Origin: Octopus vulgaris
Taxonomy: Eukaryota
Assembly (NCBI GenBank): GCA_951406725.2
Contig: OX597815.1
Coordinates: forward strand, 167,648,001 to 167,712,000
DNA length: 64,000 nucleotides
Reading direction: 5' to 3'
Positions 27,092 through 39,080 of this stretch are shown in pieces. The notes under the pieces were generated by a model that saw nothing but the letters and a program-made list of their open reading frames with translations, had not been told where the DNA came from and searched no databases. Positions within the stretch are counted from its first letter, which is position 1, and the number at the start of each line of letters is the position of its first letter. Position numbers and translations under genes: made by a program.

Positions 27092-27710
27092 TTTGCCACA
27101 TACTGAACTCATTAGAAATAGCAGCTAAAGAAATTTCTTCAGCTATTTCTAATATTTACTAAGCCCTTATATATAATGTAATATTTTGAATTCGCCTAAA
27201 ATGGTCCCTTTACATACTGAATACTTGGTGAAATTGATTAATAATTAATAATTAATTAATTTTACCCTCAATTGTTGAAATTATAATTCATCTCGCTCTG
27301 TTAAATGCTGCGGTTTTCACCGTTAATACATGGTGTTTGTCAATTTTAACCCACGCTGGTGGAAAGGGGAGAGCAGAAATTCTTCGCTTGCATATTCGGA
27401 TTTGATAGCACTTTTAGTTCGAGCAGAATTCTAGAAGTGATAAGAAGCCGAAAGGGTATGCTCCCGACTTTCAGTGTTCCCAAATCCGATTCAAGGAATT
27501 CTGAGCTGACGAAAGAAATCTCGAATTGACTAATCTAGAAACGTACGTTCTCAAATAACCTTTGCACTTGATTTTTTTAATGTTTTTTCCCCCATACCTT
27601 TGTGAGTTGGTTTAGGCAAGCACTATCTGAGAGAGATCTTCTTTAAGTATTAGAAATAGCTGAAGAAATTTCTTTAGCTGCTATTTCTAATGAGTTCAGT
27701 ATGTGGCAAA
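27092..27710. mobile_element. TIR element (63-bp inverted ends) between (TA)n tracts
   Basis: 27092-27154 is the reverse complement of 27648-27710. Confidence 0.8.
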
Positions 27711-27729
27711 GTAATTTATTTTACTAAGC

Positions 27730-27783
<54 letters not shown>

Positions 27784-27877
27784 TATATGTACATATATGT
27801 AGACCTATGGCTATCTCTTTCCCTATTACTTTCTCTCCCTCCTCTTCTCTCTCTCTCTTACTCTCTGTATATAGATT

Positions 27878-27945
<68 letters not shown>

Positions 27946-28007
27946 TACGAGTGAGTGGACAAACAAAAGAAGGGCTCTCAACAAATCTATTGGGAGTTAC
28001 ATGTATG

Positions 28008-28575
28008 GATCAAAACATTTTGATTCAAATTCGTTGGTACTCTTGAGTTTTAAGCGTGATGCTAGTTTTCAGCCGTTCTGAACCTGAATGACACAAGTCG
28101 ATTGTTTTTACTGAAAGGTGGGCTGCGATTGGTCGAGGAAGGTCACGCGGTTTTGTGGTCTGATGTTGGTATATCGGTAACAATTGGTTGGAAAGTACTG
28201 TATGGTAAACAGGAAATCGACCGCGTGGTGGACAGGAAATTGTAGTCAGGTTGGTGGTATCCAAGATGTATAACCCGACGAGGTCGGTGATTTCATCCTG
28301 TCAATGCTCCCCATAGACATCGAACAATGGACCGCGTTATTTCTTCACTCAGAAGGAATTTTCGGTTTCCTTTTCACCATGCGGTATTTTCTAACCAACT
28401 GGTACCGATATACCAACATCAAACCACGACACTGCGTGACCTTTCACGACCGATCGCAGCCCACCTTACGGTAATAACAATCAACTTCTGTCATTCAAAT
28501 TCAAAATGGCTGAAGACTAGCATCACACTTGAAACTCAAGAGTACCAACGAATTTGAATCAAACTGTTTTGAATC
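28008..28575. mobile_element. Foldback element with ~210-bp diverged arms
   Basis: 28008-28219 is complementary to 28362-28575; ORFs 28025-28264(-) and 28327-28557(+) are mirror translations. Confidence 0.8.
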
Positions 28576-28774
28576 ATATATATATATATACGCACACACA
28601 TACACACACATACATACACACACACATACATACACACATACATACATACAGACATACATACATGCATACATACATGCATACATATATACATACATACATA
28701 CATACATGCATACATGCATGCATGCATGCATACATACATACATACATACATACATACATACATACATACATACA

Positions 28775-28805
<31 letters not shown>

Positions 28806-29031
28806 TTTCTCCTCTTCAAACAAAACAAAAAAGCATCCGTTCTTCGATTCACATAAAAAACAAAGAAACGTTATGTTTTTATTATTTTCGTTCAAATTTT
28901 CTTGAAGCGTTCGATCAAACGAATGAAAATACTAACAAAGGATCATCCAAAATTCTGACTGCATCCTTTTTCTTAATATACAATATCTGTATACCACACA
29001 CATACATACATACATGCATGCACACATACAC

Positions 29032-29105
<74 letters not shown>
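28576..29105. repeat. TACA/CA/TA microsatellites
   Basis: Direct reading. Confidence 0.9.
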
Positions 29106-29108
<3 letters not shown>

Positions 29109-29679
29109 GATAAAACTTACTTAGAAATGGGTGCATGCGTTCCGTCATATAATAGCAAATTAATAAATAAAACATATGCATATATACATATATATATGTA
29201 CGTACCTACATCTATATGTATATATACATGCATATATGTGTACAGGACACCAAAAAAAAAAAACGTCGAACACAATGAGAAACGAAAACATAAACACAAA
29301 ACCAAGGAAATGGACATTTTTCTTAAAACAGCGAAAAAATAGAGTACGAGACATACAACACAAGGAAAATTCCCCTTCTTCAGCCGCCTCTGTGTCATCT
29401 ACTCCGCGTTTCGAAGGGGGGAGAGAAAGACGTGTGAGAGGGGAGAGGCGGCTGAAGAAGGGGAATGTTGCTTGAGTTGTATGTCTTGTACTCTATTTTT
29501 TAGTTGTTTAAGAAAAATGTCCATTTCCTTGGTTTTGTGTTTATGTTTTCGTTTCTCATTGTGTTCGACGTTCTTTTAGTATCCTGTACCCATATATGCA
29601 TGTATATATAAATATAGATATAGGTACGTACATATATGTATGTATATATACATATGTTTTAATTATTAATTTGTTATTA

Positions 29680-29690
<11 letters not shown>
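29105..29690. mobile_element. (TA)n-embedded repeat with inverted partial second copy (Penelope inverted-pLTR-like)
   Basis: Arms ~29147-29391 and ~29445-29684; the spacer holds minus-strand ccttcGAAACgc. Confidence 0.7.
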
Positions 29691-29722
<32 letters not shown>

Positions 29723-29929
29723 CACAAATATTATACTTCTAAATATCTCATAGAGATATATGCAGTGGTGGAGCGATAGAGTGGTTGTATACTGTCAACT
29801 TAACATAACAGTCCCGTAAGGGAATAACACCACCGCTATTTAGCCCTAGAAAGCATCGACGCTTCCTGTCGGCCTTGACACATTTCCTGTGTCCTTATAT
29901 ATTTACGAAGGGGAGACAAACACCCCCAA

Positions 29930-30009
29930 CAGCTAGGCCTGCATCTAGAGACATGCATGTTTTAGGGTCTTGCCTATCATCAGTCTAGAGTAGCAAGGCC
30001 TGCTAGCTG
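29930..30009 (-). ncRNA. Type I hammerhead ribozyme (G12A in this copy)
   Basis: tctaga-CTGATGA-t-agg-caagac-cct-aAAAC-atgcat-GTC-tctaga; 6-bp stem I extended by aggcc/ggcct and cagct/agctg; palindromic stem III; predicted cut 29950/29949. Confidence 0.8.
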
Positions 30010-30014
30010 AAAAT

Positions 30015-31666
30015 TAAATCTTTATTATAGGCACGATGGCCCGAATTAAGAGGGGACATTACAAAACAGGACATGGGGTACATATAATAAAAAAAATCGA
30101 AAAGTATGGTATGATAATGAATTATTTATAATGGGTTAATGGAATGTCTTACGAGTTCCCCAAGCTCGCAGTTTCATTTAAAATACAATTTTGTTATACT
30201 GGGCGTTCATCTGTAATGTGATCGAGTAACCTCTCCTGGTCTACAATAGCTGGCAAACTGTCGTAACGGATATATTGCATTTCGCATACAGAAAACCCAC
30301 TTTTCAATTTCATAATTGTCTCTTTTTCCACAATCGCCGCCTTCACTTGATCATCAAATATTTTTGGGTTTAACTTTACTCTGATTAAACTTTTCTTATT
30401 TGCTAGCTTCTTTTCAATTTCTTTGTCCTTCATGTACAATATTACCACTTTGAGATTTTTTCCCTTGGGCCTTCCTCCTTCCTTACATACTTTTAACTGC
30501 TCTTCCACTCTTCTGTCCCATTCTTCCCCTGCCTTTAAATTTGCCGATTCACTCGCTTTCGCTTCTGCATCCTTCTCTTCGTACGTTCGATCCTCCATCT
30601 CGTCGGTAGTTTTCTTTTTCGCTTTTTTCTTTATTTGTACTTTAGGTGGTGATTCCACCCGCATTCTCTTTCTATCTTCTTTTCCTTCTGTTCTTTCCTT
30701 TTCTTCCTCCTTCACCAACTCGTCACCACTTTCCACATTATCTGTATTCACAATTTCTTCTTCTACATCCGTCATTTGCAATTCTTCTGTCAGAGCCTCC
30801 AATGTTATCATCTCCTCTTGTACTTTTTTTTTCGGACACACATCCTTCATGTGGCCTCTAATCTTACATGTGTAGCACACTGGGGGGTCTCCCCTCTACC
30901 ACGACTCTGAGTCGTGTCTCGTCGGGGAATACCAACTCTTCTGGGATGTTATACATGTCTGGCATGGTTATGTGTACCAACGCTTGTACTGCATAAGCCC
31001 ACCACTTTACTTCCTTCGACCTTTCTATCTTCAATATCTCCACATTCTCCTTGCAGTTAAATATTGTTGCTGCTATAATTCGCTCCATTTTCAACTCTGG
31101 TGAAATTTTGCTAATTCTTATTCTCACCGCCCGTCTTCGACAATAGCTAGGTAGTAGTAGCCATTTTTCATTTTTCAATATTTTTGTAGCGTTCTTCTTT
31201 GCTTCAGCTTCGTTCTCAAGATGAACTACCACCGTCGCGTATTTTCTACCTCTATTATAGAAGGTAGCTTTTTCTTCAATCTCCTGCAAACACCTCTCAA
31301 TTTCCTCCACTTCTGCCACTTCTATTTTCTTCGAAGCCATGTTCCACGTTCTATATGTCACGATACGCCTCTCTGCTTCTTTCACTTCTTCTTCTGGTAG
31401 TGTGACTCTCAGGCAGTCACCCTCCTTCTTGAAACTGTTGAAGTATTCCTTCAGGCTCTCCCTTTCGACGACCACTTCCTCCAACTGCAGTTCGCTCGCA
31501 GCCAGACCCTTGCCTGCCGCTCCTGCATAAGTTTGGGTTTGCATTTTCGAAAAAAAACTTCCACAATTCACCACGCAGTAACAATTTCCACCAACGAATT
31601 CGAACTCACAACCGCGATACACAATAACCGTAACACAAAATAACCGACACCGAGGAAAAAATCAAA
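30015..31666 (-). mobile_element. ORF1-only non-autonomous LINE (HAL1-like; Tx1/L1-type ORF1)
   Basis: 20-bp TSD (29995-30014 / 31667-31686, 18/20 identical), short 5' UTR, single ORF1, 3' UTR with AATAAA at 30026-30021, no ORF2. Confidence 0.8.
30194..31544 (-). pseudogene. ORF1/gag-like nucleic-acid-binding protein, ~449 aa after repairing one frameshift
   Basis: ATG at 31544 (MQTQTYAGAA); +1 frameshift in the C run at ~30882-30887; joined reading gives LRVVVEGRP-CYTCKIRGHMKDVCP (CX2CX4HX4C). Confidence 0.85.
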
Positions 31667-33352
31667 AAGGTCTGCTGGCTGAAAATATTTGTCGAAACTT
31701 CGTAAATATATATATATATTTTCAGTGAAGTTTATTCACTGATCACCAAAATCAGAAATATTAAATTTCTAAATATCTCATAGAGATATATGCGGTGGTG
31801 GAGCGATAAAGTGGTTGTTTACTGTCAACTTAACGTGACAGTCCCGTAAGGGAATTACATCACCGCTATTTAGCCCTAGGAAGCATCGACGCTTCCTGTC
31901 GGCCTTGGGACTGTCACGTTAAGTGGTGGTGGGATAACAGTGGAGACGTTGGAGACGTGGTGTTGGTGGTTGTGATGGTGGGTGTTGATTGTGGTTGTAT
32001 TGATAGAAATGGTGGGCATGACAGTGATGATGGTTTTGAGACTGTTGTTAATAATGTCGTTGGCTTAAAAATGTTGATGGCAATTCAGTACATTATTATT
32101 TTTAACTAAAAGCACTAAAAGGTGTACGCATTTTACAGAATATAAAGAGGTGAAAATAGTCAGGAAATCTGAAAGACGCTTGATGACAAGCCAAGAAATA
32201 TGAAGAAGAAAGAAAAACAAAGGAAGCCATCTGTCAATCTATCTATCTGTCTGTCAAGAAAGAAAGAAAGAAAGAAATTATGAAAGGATAGACGTTAATA
32301 CAACAAAAGCATATGCTCTTTCTAACCATTCTACAAAAGCTTACGCTCTAAAAAATGTGATCTGTGGCACGTTTTTCACCATATGCTGAAGCTACATTCA
32401 GAATAAATGTTATTCTACATGTCTTATATACGAAATGTAAGCCGTTTAAAGCTACAGGTGTTTTATATAAGTGTATGTGTGTGTATAAGTATATGTATTG
32501 GGATTTTTGTGCGTTTGTGAGTGGTGTGGAGAGATTGAGTGACAAAAGGGAGATAGGAGTAATGAGAAATAAGGCTAGAAAGAGGGGATACCAAAGAAAA
32601 TGGGCGTGAGAGTGGAAATGAAAAGAAAATAAGGCGGAGAAAGAAATATGTGAATAAGATGCACGAGACAACAGCGAGTAAAACTTTTTTGCTTTTTTTT
32701 TAAAAAAAAAAGACAGAGTAATGGGATGGAGGGAAGAAAACTAGGGAAAAAGAAATGTTTAAATGGGATTTGAGATAAAGGTGTAGGCGAGTAAATAATA
32801 ATCGAGTCGATGACTTTCTTTTCAACGATTGGCAATATAGTTAACAGACGAAGATCTGAAAAGAATATATAACGTGTGCTATTGATATTAAACAGAAAAA
32901 CGTCGTCACACTGCGATGTCAGATATAATACGATGACATCAATGAAATAAGGTAAAGAAACCAGAGAGGGAAGGAGTTAATCAGAGACGTGTGAGATGAT
33001 AAGATAAACCACAAAAGTGGGTAGTATACGCAGCAAGACGACGACGCCGAATAACTGACCGAATTTTACTTTTATATAGAGAAAAATATTCATTCAATGG
33101 TGTGAATTAACTATTCCAAACTAATAAATTCTGTTATATGCACTTAGTTCTCTTTCTCCTGTGTGTACCTGCATTGAGTGTAAAGAGAACGGGAGTGGGA
33201 ACTTCTCTCTAGTGCCGCTGCAACGGTCGTTGCGTGTGGACGCACGTCGTACGTGTGTGAAGTTTTCTGCTTTGTACCTTGACTTTAGGCCATTGTGCTA
33301 AAATTAACGATCGTGTTAAATTTAGTATTGTTTACATTTAGTGATGACTCAT

Positions 33353-33425
33353 AAGCCAATAACACGTAGTGGTTAAGAGCGCGGGCTACAAACTCCAAGA
33401 TTCCGAATTCGATTCCAGGCGGTGA

Positions 33426-33430
<5 letters not shown>
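33353..33430 (+). mobile_element. tRNA-derived SINE head followed by (AAT)n
   Basis: A box gtagtggttaagagc; B box gaattcgattcc. Confidence 0.65.
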
Positions 33431-33523
<93 letters not shown>

Positions 33524-33533
33524 TTAATAATAA

Positions 33534-34058
33534 TGGCTTCTGATCTTAACTGATTGGAAGTGTTATCATGTACATTGTTTTGTCTTGGTATAAAAGATGG
33601 GCTACAGCAAATATTCTGCTCAATACCACAGATTTGCTAGTCAGTTGTTTGACCTTAACCAGTTGAGCATGTCCCTTAGTGGCTGCGATATGTTGCATCT
33701 CTGATCACGAGCAGAAGTAGTGGGGGAGAATCATAGCCATGTGTTGAGAGGAATTCTTTGGGGTTTGAATAGTTCACCTGTGGAAACATGGGTGGTTCTT
33801 TCAACATCCTTAAACAACCCTTATTCAGGGACCGTTTGAGCGGGATGGGCTACTCAACCTGAAGAAAATTCTAAGTGGGCCCCACCTGCAAGGTCATGTG
33901 CTGTTTATCTTGATATGAGATCACGATGTCGCGCACATATGGTTGTGATGCATGTGCCTGGTGTACCTTTATCAGACGGGTAGTCATGATGGGTATATTG
34001 GGCTTCGTATATTTTACCCCAGTGTCACTTTAATGGCATGAACTGCTCTCTCACTCAA
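33534..34058 (+). mobile_element. ~550-bp (AAT)n-embedded retroposon
   Basis: Four copies in the window; ends ctctctcactc-(AAT)n. Confidence 0.88.
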
Positions 34059-34714
34059 TAATAATAATATTAATAATAATAATAACAACAAGAAGAAGAA
34101 GAAGAACAATTTTGCAAATTTTAAAGGCTTTTAATTATGGATTTATAGGAAAATGAATTTCATCTACACAACTAGTATACAAAACTTAATCCATATACTA
34201 AATTTGAAAAACAATTGAAACAAAATTGTAAACAGTGACGTAAACCACAAACATCCTCTTTCTTGGTTCAACTACCATCCGTGCAACATCTATATTCCTC
34301 CTTGCGCCAGAAAAATCTTGAGTCCTTGCCGTAAGACTTTACTTCCACACACGCCAGCTTAATACAATTCGTCCTTAACCGAAAGACACCTGTTGTTATG
34401 TCCTATTATTTGTAATTGTGTAACATTCTCCATTTCTTTTCCATCCTCGCTTTCATATACATTCGCTGCTTTCTTCCAAAGAATCTAATGTTCTTAGCTT
34501 AGTTTTTCCTTGGGGCTGGCCAGATTGGAGCATTTTCGACTATAACCAGCGGAAATTGCAAAGATAATCTGGAACTCCGAATGAGGATAGAAAACTCCGA
34601 ATGATCCGTCCTTGTTTTCTTTGTATCACCTATCAGGATGTTTTGTTGTCCCTAACTGTCTGGAAGTTTTGCGTCCTTGTCCCATTTTGTGTGTGTGTAT
34701 ATATATATATATAC

Positions 34715-34909
34715 TCTTTTACTTGTTTCAGTCATGTGACTGTGGCCATGCTGGAACACCGCCTTTATTCTTATTCTTTGTAAGCGTACTACTTATTCTA
34801 TCGGTCTCTTTGGCCGAACCGCTAAGTTACGGGGACGTAAACACACCAGCATCGGTTGTCAAGCGATGTTGGGAGACAAAAACGGACACACAAACACACA
34901 CACAAACAT

Positions 34910-34941
<32 letters not shown>

Positions 34942-35107
34942 GTATATAAACATATATACGACGGGCTTCTTTCAGTTTCCGTCTACCAAATCCACTCACA
35001 AGGCTATAGCAGAAGACACTTGCCCAAGGTGCCACGCAATGAGACTGAAGCCCGCGGAACCATGTTGTTGGTAAGCAAGCTACTTACCACACAGCCACTC
35101 CTACGTC
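34715..35107 (-). mobile_element. SINE family D
   Basis: Reverse complement of the 24887 family. Confidence 0.88.
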
Positions 35108-35134
35108 TATATATATATATTATGTGTGTGTGTG

Positions 35135-35450
35135 TACACGTACTTCGTCGGTTACGACGACGAGGGTTCAAGTTGATCCGATCAAAGGAATAACCTGCTC
35201 GTGAAATTGACATGCAAGAGTCTGAGTAACCCACAGACACATGTACCCTTAACGTAGTTCTCGGGAACACAGAATGTGTCAACGCTGGCCCTTTGAAATA
35301 TAGGTACTACTCGCTTTTGCCAGATGAGTGAATTAGAACAACGTGAAATTAAATGTTTTGCTGAAGGACACAACGCGCCGCCGGGAATCGAAGCCACGAC
35401 CTTACGATTATGAGCCAAATACCGCTAACCACTAAACCACGTCCCCTCAC
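35135..35450 (-). mobile_element. tRNA/CORE-like SINE
   Basis: Minus strand tagtggttagcggtatttggctcataatcgtaaggtcgtggcttcgattcccgg..ttgtgtccttcagcaaaac. Confidence 0.75.
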
Positions 35451-35479
35451 ATACTCACAAATGTACATATATATATATT

Positions 35480-35691
35480 CTTTTATTCTTTTATTTTTTC
35501 AGTCATTTGACTGCGGACATGCTGGAGCACTGCCTTTAGTCGAGCAAATCCACCCCAGGACTTATTCTTTGTAAGCCTAGTACTTATTCTATCGGTCTCT
35601 CAAACCGAACCGCTAGGTGACGGGGACGTAATTACACCAGCATCGGTTGTCAAGTGATGTTAGGGGGTACAAACACAGACACAAAACATAT

Positions 35692-35743
<52 letters not shown>

Positions 35744-35880
35744 TCTGTTTACTAAATCCACTCACAAGGCTTTGGTCGGCCCGAAGCTATAGTAGAAGAC
35801 ACTTGCCCAAGGTGCCAGGCAGTGGGACTGAACCCGGAACCGTGTGGTTGTTAAGCAAGCTACTTACCACACAGCCTCTA
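35480..35880 (-). mobile_element. SINE family D
   Basis: Reverse complement of the 24887 family. Confidence 0.88.
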
Positions 35881-36279
35881 TATATATATATATCTATATA
35901 CACACACATATATATGTATGTATGTATTGTATGCATGTATGTATGTATGTATGTATGTATGTATCTATGTATGTATGTATGAATGTGTGTATGTATGTAT
36001 GTATGTATGTATGTATGTATGTATTTATCATCTATTTATTTATTTATTCGTACAGGCACAACAAACACATAAAACACAATTTTTTTAATAGCTCTTTTAC
36101 ACACTCGATGTATGTCCCCACGTTTCTACGCTCCTAAACACTTTTGTACTCTCCACTTTCGTATGTGATTTCCTTCCCTCGTTATTTTTATTCTTTATTT
36201 TCTTCGACATTTTTTCCTATCAACCTCTGCTCAACGAACGGTGACTTGATATTTTTAGCCCTTTGATGTTGCCGTTTTA

Positions 36280-36353
<74 letters not shown>

Positions 36354-36399
36354 TTCTCATCAGCGACATAGGTACTACAATGGAGAATGAAGAGAAAGG

Positions 36400-36456
<57 letters not shown>

Positions 36457-36673
36457 TGACTGACAGAAAAATAGTCTAAGAGAAAAAGTAAGAGATATGA
36501 GTGAGCTAACATTTTGATTTATTTACGCTGAGATAATTAATATACCTTTATTGTGAGAATGGAAGGTAATTATAGACTTTATCGGGTCTTTTACTGACGT
36601 ATTACATATTTCATTCTTCTTCTTCTTCTTCTTCTTCTTCTTCTTCTTCTTCTTCTTCTTCTTCTTCTTCTTC

Positions 36674-36732
<59 letters not shown>

Positions 36733-36734
<2 letters not shown>

Positions 36735-36782
36735 GAGTGAGAAAGCAGTGTATGCCATCAAAGTGACACTGGGGTTTATTAC

Positions 36783-36837
<55 letters not shown>

Positions 36838-37341
36838 TCAGTGAGAGAGCAGTGCATGCCATCAAAGTGACACTGGGGTAAAATATACGAAGCCCAGTAT
36901 ACTCATCATGACTACCCGTCTGATAAGGGTACACTAGGCACATGCATCACAACCATATGTGCGCGATATGGTGATCTCATATCAAAATAAACAGCACATG
37001 ACCTTGCAAGTGGGACCCAGTGAGAATTTTCTTCTTGTCGAGTAACCAATCCCTGAATAAGGGTTGTTTAAGGATGTTGAACGAAACATCCATGTTTCCC
37101 GAGGTGAATTATTCAAACCCCAAAGAATCCCTCTCAACACATGGCTGTGATGGTCCCCCACTACTTCTGCTCGTGATCAGAGATGCACATGGTTAAACAA
37201 CTGACAAGCAGATCTGTGGTGTTGAGCAGAATATTTGCTGTAGCCCATCTTTTATACCAAGACAAAACAATGTACATGATAACACTTCCAATCAGTTAAG
37301 ATCAGAACCCATGAGAGCCACTGTCTGGTACTGCATCAGGG

Positions 37342-37343
<2 letters not shown>
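36733..37343 (-). mobile_element. ~550-bp (AAT)n-embedded retroposon with a duplicated 45-bp 3' end
   Basis: 36733-36778 repeats the terminus at 36838-36880, separated by (TTA)n. Confidence 0.88.
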
Positions 37344-37411
<68 letters not shown>

Positions 37412-37784
37412 CCACGCTCGAATCATCGCTAATTTTGCTTGTATTTTGCCATTTTCGGCCGCTGAAACCCTAATTATTGTTTGGCGTATGTATACAAGTA
37501 TCTAAAGGAATTTCGCCCTTTTTCACTCACGGAACGAGTAGAAAGCCCGTTACGAAAACTTTCTCGGACATATTTTTCAATCTACCCCTTTTCACGGCAT
37601 AGTCAGCACATGTCTAAACAGAGGAATGGGTGTAGGAGAAAAATGTATCTGCTTCCTCGTGTTCAATAAACCAAGCGTATCGGTCGCCACTCCCTTTGAC
37701 ATTTGCAAAAAAAAAACTACAGATAATAACACCACCACTACCATCATCACCATCATCAGCAACACCACCAACAGCCAAAACAAG

Positions 37785-38100
37785 GGTATTTACCTTTTGA
37801 CCTACAGACTTAAAAAATAATTTTTTGTAACTAAACACTTTCAAACTTCCGACACTGGTAGAATGTGTCAAACAGCGGCAGTAATTTTATTCAGCAGAAT
37901 ACACGTCATTGATTGGTTGAAATTGAAATTGCCGGAATACGAGGACTTTAACGTGTAATAACTTCGTATATATAAGTTTTTCTCAAAAATGCTAAGCGTA
38001 AAAGATGTTTTATATGACACATTCTACCAGTGTCCGAAGTTTGAAAGTGTTTAGTTACAAAAAATTATTTTTAAAATCTGTAGGTCAAAAGATAAATATC
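37785..38100. mobile_element. Mutator-like MITE
   Basis: ~85-bp TIRs beginning GG; perfect 9-bp TSD caaaacaag (37776-37784, 38101-38109). Confidence 0.88.
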
Positions 38101-38419
38101 CAAAACAAGACCACTAACACCACCATGACCCGTAACAAGCAAGAACAACACCAACAACAATAATAGTAGTAACGAAACCAGCAGCAACAACAACGATAAT
38201 ATTATAACTATCAGCAGCAGCATTGGCATCAACAAAAGCGCTGACTTCTACAACAATATCAACAGTAATGCTATTTACGAAGATAGTAACGAGAATACAC
38301 ATCCGAAGGAAAAAAATGTTTTCTTCGCAAATATAATAAATACATGGACCACTTATTTCTTGCAAAGGAAAGCGGAAGCAGTTAAAAAATATCAGAAAAA
38401 CATCATTCGACCCGGCGTC

Positions 38420-39080
38420 ATGGCTCTCCTATAGGTGGAAATGATTTCTTCTAAAAAGAGAACGATAATTTATAAGTGCATTAATCGCAGAAAGAGAAAG
38501 CCACCATACTTTCCCCAACCGAAATAGAAAAATGCCTGAAAGAGGTGCGGCTAGCCGGAGTTTATGTCTGTCGAGGAAAATAATATGGGACCATGATAGC
38601 TACCTGTAGCAACGAAGATGAAGCGAGTAAGATGGCTACATTGATCTGCTCCTCTAACCATTACGTGATGCTCCCTTTATACTTGGAACGTCATGTGACC
38701 AAAGTCAAGGTTTCAGACGTACCTCCTCATAGGGACCAGGCCAGATTAATGGCTATGCTAAAGGAGCAAGTGAGGGTGATAAGCTTACGATAAATCCCCC
38801 AACAAAACAGAACAGGAGTGTCATTAGAGTTCCGGGTTTTGCTTGCTCCAGAAGTTCATGTTATCCTGGACTTTTTCTGTTTCGGTGAGTGCGAGGAGAT
38901 GCAGGTGGTCGTGGAGGGTGGGAAGCCTAGGTGTTACATCTGTGGAAAAACCGGCCACTTAAAAGCTTTCTGCCCCACTGTGGAAAAATCGAGTGAGGTG
39001 CCTCACGCTGCTCCAATATTCCAAACGCCAAATCCGTTGCAATCCCATGTCATGGTGTCGGACTCTTCGGACATATAAAA
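38420..39080 (+). pseudogene. Second degraded Tx1/L1-type ORF1 with zinc knuckle
   Basis: RGK*YGTMIATCSNEDEASKMAT..MLPLYL..VKVSDVPP and VVVEGGKPRCYICGKTGHLKAFCP align with the 30194-31544 protein. Confidence 0.8.

Larger units (their letters stand above)
29719..31924 (-). mobile_element. Partially tandem ~358-bp hammerhead-containing repeat (retrozyme/pLTR-like), split by an insertion
   Basis: 29719-29877 is repeated at 31749-31907 (offset 2030); subtracting the 1672-bp insertion plus TSD gives a 358-bp period. Confidence 0.8.

Noticed and set aside
29719-31907. LTR retrotransposon (direct repeats flanking a gag-like ORF)
   Set aside because: No TG..CA ends, PBS or PPT; the ORF unit has its own 20-bp TSD, so the repeats belong to the target
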